A stretch of DNA of 64,000 nucleotides from the human T2T-CHM13v2.0 reference genome, Homo sapiens: NCBI RefSeq assembly GCF_009914755.1, contig NC_060926.1; one strand, given 5' to 3'. Under the pieces are notes generated by a model, which worked only from the letters and a program-made list of their open reading frames with translations, ran no database searches and was not told the DNA's origin. The number at the start of each line of letters is the position of its first letter. Within the stretch, counting starts at the first letter, position 1. This document shows positions 48,622 to 63,235 of this stretch, piece after piece. The position numbers and the translations under genes were made by a program.

Positions 48622-49529
48622 TCAACATGGTGTGGGAAATGCCTCCTGGCCTCGCTTTGCATTTTATTGGATGTTATTTTTTCTTCCCCTCAGAGTTTCA
48701 CTTTGAGGGCTAGGCATATCATGGTTTCCTGTAGCTGGATATGGGGCTTGTGCAGAGGAAGGTGGGGGTGCTGGGCTGTGGTCAGCGGACACTCTGGATC
48801 TAAGAATGCCTCTGCCCTGCTATTTCATTGGGAAGTTGCTTCCACTAGGGTTCTCTTCCACTGGAAGACTTTAGTTCAAATCAGAGCCCTCCTCTCCCAT
48901 GGCTCCTCTGCAGGCATCCTGTCTTAAATGTCCACCCCCCTCCACTCCAGGTGTTTTGGAGGGTCCCCTCTGCCCTCTCTGCGGGTCTGTTTCCCACTGT
49001 GGGTCTGTAAGGAGCTACACAGAACTGCACCCAGCCTCACTATGATGACTCCAACTCACTTCAACTCTTTCTTTTTTTCATCATTACTTTCTGAAATTTA
49101 TGTTGAGGATATCTCTACTTCATAATAAGCTGAGCCAGGTTGTATTCACTTAATACGGATCAGATGTGACACAAGCTATTCACAATGGCTGCAGTTAGCA
49201 AGGCTAGGTCAAGTCTTCTGCTCATCCCGTCTATCCCAGCGCCTCAGGGCTCCTCAGATGGCCTGGGCTGCTCACCATCCCTCCTTTATCTGAAGAGCTA
49301 GGGACAGCAGAGCCAGCCACAGAGCTCCAAATGCAAGACACAAGCGCTTGATCGCACTGCCCTCTGCCTCTGTCCTGAGGGGACAGCGTTCCCATCCAGC
49401 CCACTCAGGACATTGCTTTGGTGTGATGAGCTGTGTGGATCTCACAGTGGGGCCTGTTAAAGAAAGATTTAAAAAAGATTAAAAAACCCTCGGTCCTAGG
49501 CTCAGGTATGAGCCTGTCACCTAAGGACA

Positions 49530-50290
49530 GTATCAAGGAAGAAGAAAGACAAATGATCCTCCAGAAAAATGGTCACAGGACATGATCACACATTTCACAG
49601 AAGAAAAATCCCTAGTGGCTAATAGGCATGGAAAAATATGCTCGCCCACCCCAGCTGGGGCTGGGGAGTGCCCATTCATATGGCCACGGGACACCCCTGG
49701 ACAGGGTGCAGCAGTGACAAGAGGGACGTGGGCTGGGGTAGCATAGGCTGTGCTGCTGGGAGGAGAGGAGCTCAGCCAGCCTTGGGGGACAGGAAGGTAA
49801 GCCCTGATGAGGCTGAATAAGTAATACTGGAGAGTTTAGCACCAGGCACCCTCCCCAGGGCAGCACCTCCATGAGAGGGGAAGATAGGAACAGGTTTCAG
49901 GAGCACTGTTTACAGTAGTGAAAGATCGCCATGCCCACCGGGGGGAATTGGATAAATAAATTATGGTGTATTCCTATGCACACATTCTAACAGCAATGAA
50001 AATAGACGAACTAAATTTACATGACTCCACTCCAAGACCGCTTAGAGCAACAATGGTGAGTGAAGAAAGCATGTTTCCGTGTTATAAATTCAATGTGACT
50101 TGGTGTAAATAGTAATAATAAAGCATCACGCTGCACTCTTTAGATGCACGGCCAGATTAAAATATTCTTCTCAGGACGGGAGGAATGCATGCTAACTTCA
50201 GGAGAGGACTTTGCTTGCTGGGAAAGGAGTGGGACAAGGGAGGGGTACAGGGCAAACCTCAACTGTCGCTGTATTATTTTATTTCTTTAA
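49530..50290 (+). mobile_element. Old L1ME 3' fragments
   Basis: 'catttcacagaagaaaaa...ggctaataggcatggaaaaatatgctc' and 'ggataaataaattatggtgtattc'. Confidence 0.6.
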
Positions 50291-50759
50291 AACTCTCCGA
50301 GGCACCTGTGGAAATGTGAAGAGCAGCTGCCCGGGAATCCTGCGTGGAATGAGCAGAAGTGGTGAAGGGTCCTCTTTCCCTGACTGTCGCTTAGAAAGAC
50401 CCTCTGCTTTCATGCAGGTCACTTTCTGGAAGTACTGCATGGAGTGAGTGAATGCTTGGTGGAAGGGCAGCTGTGTAGTTTACCTGTGCCTGCTGAAATC
50501 CAAATGCATCATCCGGGACCAAGTGAATTCAATAAAGGAGGAGACTCCTACTCAAGCAGGCAACTAGACTTTGAGGACAGAAATAGGAATCTGGGCCTAA
50601 TGAAGAGAGCTATGTTAGCTTTGCTCTACAATGCAATTTACGTTTACTTCTTTTTAAGATAATGTGAATTCATTGCCTGGTTGACATTTATCTTATTTCT
50701 CATATTTGGGCATGAGTGTGATTTCACCCCCATTGTCCACAGCATGCTGAGCAGCACTC

Positions 50760-50910
50760 AGAGCAGCAGTGTGGCAAGAGTCAGACTGAACTTCTTGTCC
50801 GCAGTCTGACCTCCGGCAAGCCTGTTCATCATTCTCGGCCTCAGTTTCCCTGATGGTAAAATGATGGGTGTCACTAGATAATCTCTAATGTGTGGCCCAG
50901 TTCTAACATT
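50760..50910 (+). mobile_element. MIR SINE
   Basis: 'tgacctccggcaag...ggcctcagtttccctgatggtaaaatg...ctagataatctctaa'. Confidence 0.75.
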
Positions 50911-51294
50911 CAAAGGTAAAATGAACTGCGTGCAAGAAGCACCCAGATGTCTAGGAAGTAGTCCCTGCCTTTGTTTTGCCACAGAATAGGCATAAGATAG
51001 AACCGAGTAGAGACAGAGAAGCTGCACTAAAATCCTTTCATCTCAACAGTTTGCACCTCCTGAATTTCTAGTTGTTTTCTTTAAGAAAATTTGCTGTCAA
51101 ATACCAACATTGCTCATTTGTTGATTTTCCACTATACTTGGCTTCAACAATAAGCTCTGCTTTGTATCAAAAGCCCAGAGACGTGAAGTGCATTTGTTCT
51201 TGGAAAATTGGGAGGTGGATCTATTTATCTACTGATTATAAAAGTTATAGATTCTAACAGAAAATTTAGAAAATACAGAAAAATTTAAAGAAGA

Positions 51295-51590
<296 letters not shown>

Positions 51591-51639
51591 GAAGAAATCA
51601 AAATCACCCAGAGGACAGCATCATTAATATTTTATGTAC

Positions 51640-52600
<961 letters not shown>

Positions 52601-53189
52601 TGAGTTACTGGACTGGTCTCTCTCTCTCTTTCTCTGCCTCTTTCTGTATATGTGTATGTATTGTATATGTTTTTAAATTATACTTTTTCAAGAACTATTT
52701 CAAAATGAGGATTCCCCTGTATCACTGGTGGTTTTAAAAACATCGTTGCTGCATATGGAATATCATTCCATTATATGGATGCAGGAAACCACTAACTGCA
52801 CGGTCCAGCATTGCTCAGGAGCATCACTGAGCTGTCCAATACCATGGACCCCACGAACACCTTTACATTCCAGGGAATCCGTGGCATCCGGGGGATTCAG
52901 GCTGACCAGCTTTGCCTCTTACAAACTGGGTGAACTTAGCAAGTTCCCTAACTTCTAGGAGCCTCAGAATTCCCACCTGGACCAGGGGACCATAATAATA
53001 TAGTCAGCTCCTAGGGTTGGGAGGATTACTAAATGCAGGCGTATCAACAGCCATCAACATTGTTGACTGTAATTAGGGTTATGACTGACCGAGAACTGTT
53101 GAGAATTAGGTTTGCGCTTCCGGACTAGTTTTCACCTGAAAGCCTTGGAGCTACAGGCATTTTGTTCAGGGATGTACACAGAGTCTAGT

Positions 53190-53355
53190 CCAAAGCGTTT
53201 AAACTACAAAGTGCACTGTCATCTCCTGGAGGGTCTCATCGAAATAGAGATTGGGATCAGAAGGTCTGGGTGGGGCCCAAAGTCCTGCATTTTGAGATCC
53301 TCTACCTCCAGGCACGGCTCACCTGACACTGCTGGTCTGAGTATCAAGGCTTTGT
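53190..53355. mobile_element. MER5A-like fragment
   Basis: 'tcagaaggtctgggtggggcccaaagtcctgcatttt...gctggtctgagtatca'. Confidence 0.6.
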
Positions 53356-53519
53356 AGCATCTTCCCCGGGGCCCTGTCTCTTCCCATAGGCAGCACATGT
53401 ATGGGGAGTCAATTTGTTTTTGCAATTAAGGATAAGTGGGAAAAAGACCTCCTAGCTTAATAAGGTATGTTGTCTTGCCCTGAGATACTAATAAATATTT
53501 TCCCTTACTCTGGACCCAG

Positions 53520-53849
53520 CATTATGGTCTGAATATTTATGTCCTCCCCAAATTGCTATGTTGAAACCCAACCCCCAGTGTGATGGTGTTAAGAGGTGGG
53601 GCCTTTGGAAGTTGAGTGAGTCTTGAGGTAAAGGGCTTTACAAGAGACCCCAGAGACCTTGCTGCTTCTGTCTCTGTACCATGTGAGGACACAGTGAGAA
53701 GCTGAAAGTCTGCAGCTCTGAAGAGGGCTCTTCCCAGAACCCAGCCATGCTGGCACCCAGCCTCTTCAGCTGTGAGAAATAAATGTCTATTGTTTATGAG
53801 CCACCCCACGCATGGCATTTTGTTGTAGCAGGCCAGGCTGAGTGAGACA
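53520..53849 (+). mobile_element. MaLR solo LTR (MLT1A/MSTD-like)
   Basis: 'attatggtctgaatatttatgtcctcccc...gcattttgttgtagcag...gagtgagaca'. Perfect 5-bp TSD cccag at 53515-53519 and 53850-53854. Confidence 0.88.
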
Positions 53850-53925
53850 CCCAGAAAACAGTTTCATATTATCTAATAACCTGAAGGCTTTTTGACCACT
53901 TATTAAAAACAAAGGAATAAATCTC

Positions 53926-54250
<325 letters not shown>

Positions 54251-55168
54251 CACTTAGGAATCTTGGATAACGGATGAAGATTGTGCTAACTGGACGTGGC
54301 AACATCCATATAAAAAGCAAGACAGTCAGTCAGCTAGAGAATCAACCTCTTGTCTGTGCATGCTGGAGGCGGGGAAGGGCAAAGTGAGTTTGCTTCCTTC
54401 CTCCCTCCCTCCTCTCCACTCTAGGGAGACTCCAGGGCAGAACAACCCTCCTTAAATTGCTGTGTGGCTTCCAGTTGCTGGAGGCAGTGAGGTGTAAAGT
54501 GAGTCCCTCCATCCCCTCTCCATCACCTCATGTTCCACTCTCACCCAAAGATCCAGGTGGCTGGAAGACCCTGGGCAGAGCCCTGGCCCCGCCCTAGTGG
54601 CTGTCCTCCCACCTGCCCTGTTCCTGCTGGACTCTGTCCCTGAGCTGTTTCTCCTGGTTGTCAACAGTGCACAGACAGAGCAGAGGACAGGGCTGCGTGG
54701 GGATGGGCATGGCCCCTATGCCACCTGCAGGTTCCCTTCCTCTGAGGCTCCCCACCCACGGGTGGTCTTCCCTCCTCCTGATCCACTAAGCCTTTGCCTG
54801 ATCACCTCCTAACACTGCCAGCAGCTCCCAAGCTGTAGACCCGCAATTCTCCCAAAGTTGGCTGTGGTACCGCTGGACTCCTTAGCCCTAGGAATCCATC
54901 CCTCGCTGCCCATGGCTGTCCCTTCACCACCCCCACCACACTCTCTAGAGCTCCACAGTTCTTCCAGCCTGCTGGCCGCCCAACCTCTGCCTTCTGAGCC
55001 GCCCCCAACACCTGGACCCCAGCCGAATATGGTTTCTTATTCAAGAAGTTCCTATTCTTGTCCTATGCCCATATGGCCCTCAATAAACATTTGCTGGGGG
55101 AGTGAGTCAGATGAGCACTAATGACTCTCAAATCTGTATTGTTACATCTGACCTCTTCTCATTGGCTC

Positions 55169-55610
55169 TGTGAAATTTAATAATTCAAAGTTAAAGCTGT
55201 TGGACTTTAAATTGTTCTGAGCCTTGAGAGGAATGTGGCTATGCAGCCTGAGTCACGTGGTTGCACCTTGTGCCTTTTTTCCCCTGTAAATAATAAAGAC
55301 CAAGTGGTGCCAGAGATAAAACGCCCTCAGATCACTGCCCCTCCTCATGGAGTAATAAAACATTCTTCCTTGGCATGCAGCAATCTGTAACCAGTCAATC
55401 CCCGCACCCTATATGCTTGTCTTTATGGAAAATGTTGTTCCTGCTAAGACTTCCCTGTCTCTGTCTAGGTGAGTGAAACCTTAACTTCACTTTGGGATGC
55501 TGACCTCATTCGTTCGAAGTTGGGGTCTCCCGGGTGGCCATCCTCAAGCTTTGTGTTCAAATAAACTATAGTTAATCATATTTTCTGAACCTCATTATTT
55601 GAGGTTGACA
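55169..55610 (+). mobile_element. ERV1 solo LTR (MER57-like) inserted in an L2 remnant
   Basis: TG...CA ends ('tgtgaaatttaataattcaaag' / 'cattatttgaggttgaca'), aataaa signal near the 3' end, 4-bp TSD gctc/gctt. Confidence 0.78.
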
Positions 55611-56700
55611 GCTTATGTGCTAGTTGGCATCACTGGGATGTGCCATGAGCAAGCCAGACCCAATGCGTCCAAAAATGATGCCATTGTCTTCTTCCTTAAT
55701 CGGTATGAGTCCAGGGCCCCCATCGCCCAGCTGCCCAACCTGCAAATCTGGAATTATAATTGCCTCCCTCTTGATTGAATGAGGATTGCCCCCCTTCAAT
55801 CACATTCCATGTCCTGCCAATTTATTTCCACTCAGTTCCTTTCCCTAGGACTCAGCAATGGGGTCCAGGAAAGAATAGTCTGGTGGATGCTGGTTCCCAG
55901 GTGCCTGGTCCATGGGGCCAAGACCAGGGCAGGAGTTTCTCTGTTTCAGCCACAGGGCCTCAAGGAAGAGCCGGCACCAGATGCGCATCCTGCTTCCAAG
56001 CCTCTGTTTGTGCTGCCGTATAGGGAGAGGGTGAGTGGATTCCACCTCCATCCGGGTGTCCCGGCTGCCTCACTGCCAGCAATAATTTGGCAAGAAAAAC
56101 TTCCAAGCTTGCTCTTTAATCTATATTGGAAGCATAATCTATGCTAGACACTTGTGCAAAGTGAGAAACAATAATTCTACCAATTGATATAAAATATTGA
56201 TCACAAAAGCTGTCTGTAAAATATGACACAAAAGAACCTACCATACTCAAATAATAAGATATCAGAAGTGATTACCACAAATAACATGGTCTTAGGGAAG
56301 AGCAGCCTTCTCACTCATCTTTTATGCTGTTAGTGAAGAATGTCTGATGCCTAAGGCAGACAAACACATAACTCACTCTCTCAAAATTTCAACCCGATAT
56401 CGGGAGAGGATGAGAGAGGAAATCCCAGACTCCAGCCCTGGACCATTATCATAAGAAACTTTGGAAATATGAAAAACAATATTTTATCTCTGACTGAGTT
56501 GGTAAGAACAATTCCCAAATTTAATGAAGATCAAATAAAGCCACTAGTAGCACCATTACTCAAGTCCAGGAAAGTGGACAACAGGGTTTGGGGAAGCACT
56601 TCAGAGTGCCTGCCGAATAACGCCATTGGAGACAGCCCATCTTCACACCCATACTGTGAATAAAGTAAGGTAGATCACATGACCTGGCAAAGGCAACTTC

Positions 56701-57000
56701 TTTTTTTTTTTTTTTTTTTGAGACAGGATCTCACTCTGTCACCCAGGCTAGAGTACAGTGGCACGATCTCAGCTCACTGCAACCTCCGCCTCCTGAGTTC
56801 AAGCGATTCTCCTGCCTCAGCCTCAGCCCCTGCCTCAGCAGGGATTACAAGTGCCCGTCACCACGCTTGCCTGATTTTTGTATTTTTGGTAGAGACATGG
56901 TTTTGCCATATTGACCAGGCTGGTCTTGAACTCCTGACCTCAGGTGATCCACCCACCTTGGCCTCCCAAAGTGCTGGGATTATAGGTGTGAATACCAGGT
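56701..57000 (-). mobile_element. AluS with an internal rearrangement
   Basis: Antisense Alu. 'cctgcctcagcctcagcccctgcctcagcagggattaca' replaces the normal 'cctcccgagtagctgggattaca'. Confidence 0.9.
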
Positions 57001-58735
57001 CAGCTGTAAGCCCCATTGGCCTGACAGGACCAGGGGAGCACTGCCTTAGACCACATACCCCTAACACAAGCCATAATGCAAGCCTTGGTGCCAATTCCAA
57101 CTGCTCCAGGCATAGTGCTGTAGTGGGGCATGGCTGCCAGGCTGGGGCAGCAAGCAGACATGGGGTATATGACAGTGGCCTCTGGACAGCATTACAGGCC
57201 ACTGTGCTGCTTTCTTTGGGCAGGTCTCCACTTTTACGGCCACATCTCCCTTGGCATGGGATTGGGAATGCTGTTTACTTTGGAACCAGACTACCTGGCT
57301 CCACCACACACTCCCGTCCCCTCTGCTTCATCCTCATCCTTGTAATTGACCCCAGAGAGCAACACTCGCACAGAGGACTTACATAGAGTTAGAGCTGGCT
57401 CCTGCTTGTCCTCCAGGACTTGGTTTGAAGCCACCTCCTCTGGGCTGCCTTGTGGCCCACCTTGGCCAGGTGAGGCCCTTTGGCTGCCTGAGCAGCATAC
57501 ACCTGCTCTCTGAAATGTGCCTGGCAACCATGTGGGCACCTGTCAACCCATTTGTCTCACTCCCACCATAGGCTCTGTGAGGCCGGTGACCTGCCTCTAG
57601 CCACAGAGCTGTGGACAGGGCCTTCAATAGCAGTCCCTTGCTTCCTCTTCCTGTGTGTCACTACAGCAAGTGGGTTCCATGGGAATGGGCTGGGTGCTCA
57701 CCTTGTGCCTGTCACAGGAACACTGACTGGCAGGCCAGGCTGGGCCAGCTCCCCGGAGCCTTACCGGGCCTAGGCCAGTCTCTTGGCCTCTGAATACAGA
57801 GGACTTTAGGACAGACTGCTGGCCAATGACACTGAAAGTCAAGTCTCCAGGACCTTGGGTAGGTGACAAAATAAGGAAAGAATAAGGAAAGGAGGGAGTT
57901 CAATTGGTGTCCCTGGCCTCTGGGGATGACCTGGGTGGAAGAGGCCCATCCAGGAGGAGGATGCAGAGGTGTTTGAGCTGCAGCTGTGCAGAGGCTGCCT
58001 GGAGCAGGCAGAGCTCACAGGTGCACATTCCCTTGTGAGCCCAGGTAGGGCTTCAGGGCTGGCCTGCAGCCTTGCAGATGAGCTGTGCAAGGTTACTGCA
58101 GAGGGGCACCACCTCCCTTCTGTTCCCGTGACTTATTTGACTGTCTTTATGACAGTGCCACTCTGTCATATAATTACTGGAGCTTTGTAGCCAGTCTTAA
58201 AATCAGGAGTGTTAGTTCTCTTTGTCCTTTTTTTTCGAAGTTGTTGTAGATATTCTAAGTCTTTTGCATTTACATATACATTTTATGATCATTTTGTTAT
58301 GATGTACAAAAAAATCTGCTTGAGTGGGATTATGTTGAATCTGTAGATGAATTTGGGGAGAACTGACATCCTAATCCTATTGAGTCTTCTCACCCAAGAA
58401 CATGATATAAGCCTCCTTTAATTTCTCTCAACAGTGTTTTGTAGTTTCCAAATCTTTCATCAGGTTTATTCCATAATTTCATATTTTCTGATGCTACTTT
58501 CATGGTATTTAAAGGATTTTAACGTATGATTTTTATTGCTAGTATACAGAAATACAATAGGTTTTTTTTTTTTTTTTTTTTTTTTTTTGTATAGGACTCT
58601 GTAACCTGCAAGCTTGCTACCCTCACCTATCAGTTTGAGGCATTTTAAGACAATTTCCACTGAATTTTCTACATAGATGATCATGGCACCTGCGAATAGA
58701 GAATTTTAATTCTTCCTTTCCAACCTGAATGCTCG

Positions 58736-58736
58736 C

Positions 58737-58788
<52 letters not shown>

Positions 58789-58805
58789 TTCTTTTCTTTT
58801 TTTTT
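58736..58805 (+). repeat. (TTTC)n microsatellite
   Basis: About 13 tttc units followed by a T-rich tail. Confidence 0.95.
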
Positions 58806-59613
58806 GCCTTATTGTATTGTGCTGATGAGATCTTTCAGTGCAATGTTGAATAGAATAGAAGTGGTGAGCAGACATCTCGCTCCTGGTCTTAGGGGAATAT
58901 CTGGGAATATCTTCAGTCTGTCACTATTCAGTATGATGTTTCTGTAGGTTTTTGTTTTTTTTTTTGACATCCTTTATCAGGTTGAAGAAGCCCCCTTCTT
59001 TTTACACTTTGTTAAGTGCTTTTGTGAAGAATGGGTGCTGGATTGTCTCAAATGTTTTTTCTCTATCGATTGAGATGAAAATATAGTTTTTCTGTTTTAG
59101 TTTGTTAATATGGAGATTACATTTGTTGATTTGGGAATGCTAAATGAATCTTGCATTCCTCAGATAAATTTGGCCATGATGTACTGATCTTTTTATACAT
59201 TGCTGGATTTGATTTACTATCATTTTGTTAAGAATTTTTATGTCTATGTTCACAAGGGATATTGATCTGTAGTTTTATATTTTTTGTAATGCCTTTTCCT
59301 GGCTTTGGAATCAGGTAATGATGGCTTTTATAATCAGTTAAGAAGTATTCCTTCCTCTTTTGTTTTCTGGAATAACTTTTTGGTAGAACTTGTATTATTT
59401 CTTCCTTAAATGTTTGGTGGAATTAGTTAATTTTTCTGGGCCAGGAGTTTTCTCTGTGGAAAACATTTTACTATAATTTTGTTTTCTTAATAGATACAGA
59501 GATAGATAGGTTATCTATTTCTTTTTGTGTGAGTTTTGCTAGTTTGTTACTTTCAATAAATTTACCCATCTTATTTAAATTTTCAAATGTATTGGCATAA
59601 ATTTGTTTATAAT

Positions 59614-60053
59614 TATATCACTTTCCTAGGGTTTCTGTAGCAAATTACCATAAACTGAGTGGCTTAAAACAACAGAAATCTCACGTTTGTGGAGGTTAGA
59701 AGTCCAAAATGAAGGTATGGGCAGGGTTGGTTCCTTCCAGAGGCTCTGGGTGGAACTTGTTCCACACCTCTCTCCTGGTTTCTGGTGGTTTATGGAAATC
59801 CTTAGCCTTCTGTGGCTCTTAGGTACTTTAGTCTCTGCTTCCACCTTCATGTGACATTTTCCCTGTGTGTCTCTCCGTGTCCAAATCTTCCTGTCTTATA
59901 AGGACACCAATCATTGGATTTAGGATTCATTCCAATCCAGCATAACCTCATATTAACTTGATTACGTCTGCAAATATCCTATTTACAAGGAATGTCATAC
60001 TCACAGGTTCCAGATACACACAATTTTTTTGGAATTTTATTTAACACAGTACA
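59614..60053 (-). mobile_element. MaLR solo LTR, MLT1C-like
   Basis: 'tttcctagggtttctgtagcaaattaccataaactgagtggcttaaaacaacagaaat...tcttataaggacaccaatcattggatttagg'. Perfect TSD ataat at 59609-59613 and 60054-60058. Confidence 0.9.
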
Positions 60054-60646
60054 ATAATATTCCTTTATTATCCTTTTGTGAGTAATGTCCCTTCTCCCAT
60101 TCATGATTTTGGTAATTTGTGACTTTCTCTCTTCCCTTATGTGTTTGATAATATTATTAATCTTTCCAAGGAACTGAATTTTGGTTTTGTTGATTTATAT
60201 ATATATATATTTTTTTCAGTTTTCTGTATTTCTATTATTTCCTTTTTTCTACTTACTTTGGGTTTAATTTTCTTTTGTGTTCTAATTTCTCAAGGTGATA
60301 TCATTGATTTAAGACTTTTCTTACTTTCTGGTATGGGTGTTTATAAAGTGCTGCAGATTTTCTGTCAGTACTTCTTAAGTGGCATTGCATAAATTTTGAT
60401 ATAATGTTTTTATTTTCATCAGTTCAAAATAATTTCTAATTTAACTTTTGACTTATTCTTTGTTTTATGTTATTTAGAAGTGTGTTGCTTAGTTTTCAGA
60501 TATTTGAAACCATTTCAAATGTCTTTCTGCTTTTGATTTCTAATATAATTTATTTGTGGTCAGAGAACAGACTGTATTCCTTGAAACTTCTTAAACTGAT
60601 ACAGATGTGTATGTGTTTTCTGGTCCAGAACATGGTTTATCTAAGT

Positions 60647-60904
60647 AAATGTTCTGAGTATGCTTCAGAAGAATGTGTACAGGAAATGTTCAGAGTGTGC
60701 TTGGGAAGAACGTGTACAGGAAATGATCTGAGCGTGTTTGAGAAGAACGTGTGCAATGAGTGTTCAGAGTGTGCTTGAGAGGAACGTATCCGGGAAATGT
60801 TGGGAGTGTGCGTGAGAAGAATGTGTACAGGTAATGTTCGGAGTGTGGTTGAGAAGAGTATGTATACGAAATGTTTGGAGTGTGCTTGAGCGAAATGTTG
60901 TGTA
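60647..60904 (+). repeat. 37-bp minisatellite, ~7 copies
   Basis: Units start at 60652, 60689, 60726, 60763, 60800, 60837 and 60874. Consensus approximately ttcagagtgtgcttgagaagaatgtgtacaggaaatg. Confidence 0.92.
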
Positions 60905-61636
60905 TTCTGCTTTTCTTGCATGGAGCATCCTGTTAGTAGCTTTTGGGTCAGCTTGGTTGACAGTGTGGTTCAAATCATCAATATTTTTACTAATTTTCTT
61001 TCTGCTTAATTGATCAGTTATTGAGAAATGAGTATTGTAATGTCTAACTATAACTGTAGGTTTATCTATTGCTCCTTGCAGTTCTATCAGTTTTTTATTC
61101 ATGTAACTTTGGAACTCTGCTATGAAGGCAAAAATGGGTATGACTTTTATGTTTTTGTGATGAGATTACCACTGTATTATTATAAGATAAACTTTCTAGC
61201 CCATAGTAATATAGATATTTTTGCCCTGAGACCTACTTTATCTGATACTAATATCGTCACTCCAGATTTCTTTTTCTTAGTGTCTTTAGCATGGCATATC
61301 TTTTTCCTGTCCTTTTAACTTATTTGTGTCTTTACTTAAAGCATATTTCTTATAGGCAGCATATTGTGAGGTATTGATTTTTTATTCAGTCTGACAATAT
61401 CTGCCATTTAATTGGAGGTATTTAGGCCATTTATATATAATGTAATTATTGACATTGTTAAGTTTAAATCTATTATCTTGCTATTTGTTTTATGTTGGTG
61501 CCACCCATTCTTGGTCTCTTTTACCTCTTTCTCTGCTTTCTTTGGGATATATTAAATATTCTAAAAAGTAACTTTGTTATCTACTATTTTGGCTTTGTTT
61601 TGTTATTTTTGTCGTTGCTTTAAGTTTTATAGTATA

Positions 61637-62539
61637 CAGTCATACATCACTTAGCAACAGAGATATGTTCTGAGAAATGCATCATTAGGCGATTTTATCA
61701 TTGTGTGAACATCATAGAGTGTACTTACACAAACATAGGTGAGATAGTCTACCACACACCTGCCCCTATGCTATATGGTATAGCCTATTGCTCACAGGCC
61801 ACAAACCTGTACAGCAGGTTGCTATACTGAATACCGTAGGCAATTGTAATACAACGGTGAGTATTTATCTAAACAGGTTTAAACATAGATAAGGTACAGT
61901 TAAAATACTGTAAAGATAAAAAATGATACATCTGTATAGGGCACTGACCATGGATGGAGCTTGCAGAACTAGAAGTTGTGCTGGGTGAGTCAGTGAGTGA
62001 GTGCTAAATGAGTCAGTGAGTGAGTGCTGAGTGAACATGAAGGCCTGGGACATTACTGTACACTACCGTAGGCTTTATAAACACTCTACACTTAGGCTAC
62101 ACTACATTTATAAAAATGTTTTTTCTTTTTTCAATAATAAACTAACTTTAGCTTACTGTAACTTATTTCCTTTATAAACTTTTAAATTTTAATGTAAAAA
62201 TTTTAAAGTTAATTTAACTCTTTTGTAATGTATAATGTGTTTACTTAAAACACAAACACATCATACAGCTGTATAAAAATATTTTTCTTTATATCCTTAT
62301 TCTATAAGCTATTTTCTTTTTCTTTCTTTCTTTTCTTTTTTTTTTTACTTTTGAAACTGTTTTGTTAAAAACGAAGACACACACACACACATTGGCCTAG
62401 ACCTACGCAGGCTAGGCTTTGGGATTGTTAAGATGTCACTAGGTGATAGGAATTTCCCAGCTCCATTATAATCTTGTGAGACCCCCATCATATATATGGT
62501 CTCTCATTGACCAGAACATCCTCATGCTGTGCATGACTG
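61637..62539 (+). mobile_element. Tigger3 (MER7/Tigger3b-like) DNA transposon
   Basis: TIRs 'cagtcatacatcac' and 'gctgtgcatgactg' with TA on both sides. Internal 'ttctgagaaatgcatcattaggcgattttatcattgtgtgaacatcatagagtgtacttacac'. Confidence 0.9.
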
Positions 62540-62924
62540 TACACTTTTGACTTATGGTCTGTATTTGCACAAGCCTGAGAGTCTGTGCCGCCTAAAATTT
62601 TCTGCCCTTGTGCTTCTCATGCCTCATCCTAGTTCTGGCTCTGGTTTATATGTCCTTACCTGTTAATTCTAACATCTGCATCAGCTTTGGGTCAGTTTTG
62701 AGTGACTGGTTGAAGTATTCATTGTCACTTCTATTTTCTTGTTTCCTTGTGCACCTGCTGATTTTTAATTGATGCTAGATATTGTGAGTTTTACATTGTT
62801 AGGTGCTGGATATTTTTGTACTCCTACACATAGTCTTGAGCTTTGTTTGGGGACACAATTAAGTACTTGGAAACAGTTTGATCCTTTTGGGCCTTGCCTT
62901 TGAGATTTGTTAGGAGCATTGCTC

Positions 62925-63235
62925 TTTTTTTTTTTTTTTTTTTTTTTTTTGACGGAGCCTCCCTCTTTCACCCAGGCCGGACTGCAGTGGCGCTATCTCG
63001 GCTCACTGCAAGCTCCGCCTCCCGGGTTCACGCCATTCTCCTGCCTCAGCCTCCTGAGTAGATGGGACTACGGGTGCCCGCCACCGTGCCCTGCTAATTT
63101 TTTGTATTTTTTTTTTTTAGTAGAGACGGGGTTTCACCGTGTTAGCCAGGGTGGTCTCGATCTCCTGACCTCATGATCTGCCCGCCTGGGCTTCCCAAAG
63201 TGCCGGGATTACAGGCATGAGCCGCCGCGCCTGGC
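62925..63235 (-). mobile_element. AluY (variant)
   Basis: Y diagnostics 'gcaagctccgcctcccgggttcacgccattctc' and 'caccgtgttagccagg'. Long poly-T. Confidence 0.93.

Noticed and set aside
56679-57386. 235-aa ORF
   Set aside because: The N-terminal half is antisense Alu translation ([19 protein letters not shown]...). The rest has no homology I recognise.
60647-60904. 37-bp periodic repeat superficially like a CRISPR array
   Set aside because: Head-to-tail tandem units with no unique spacers, embedded in L1 in primate DNA, and no cas genes.
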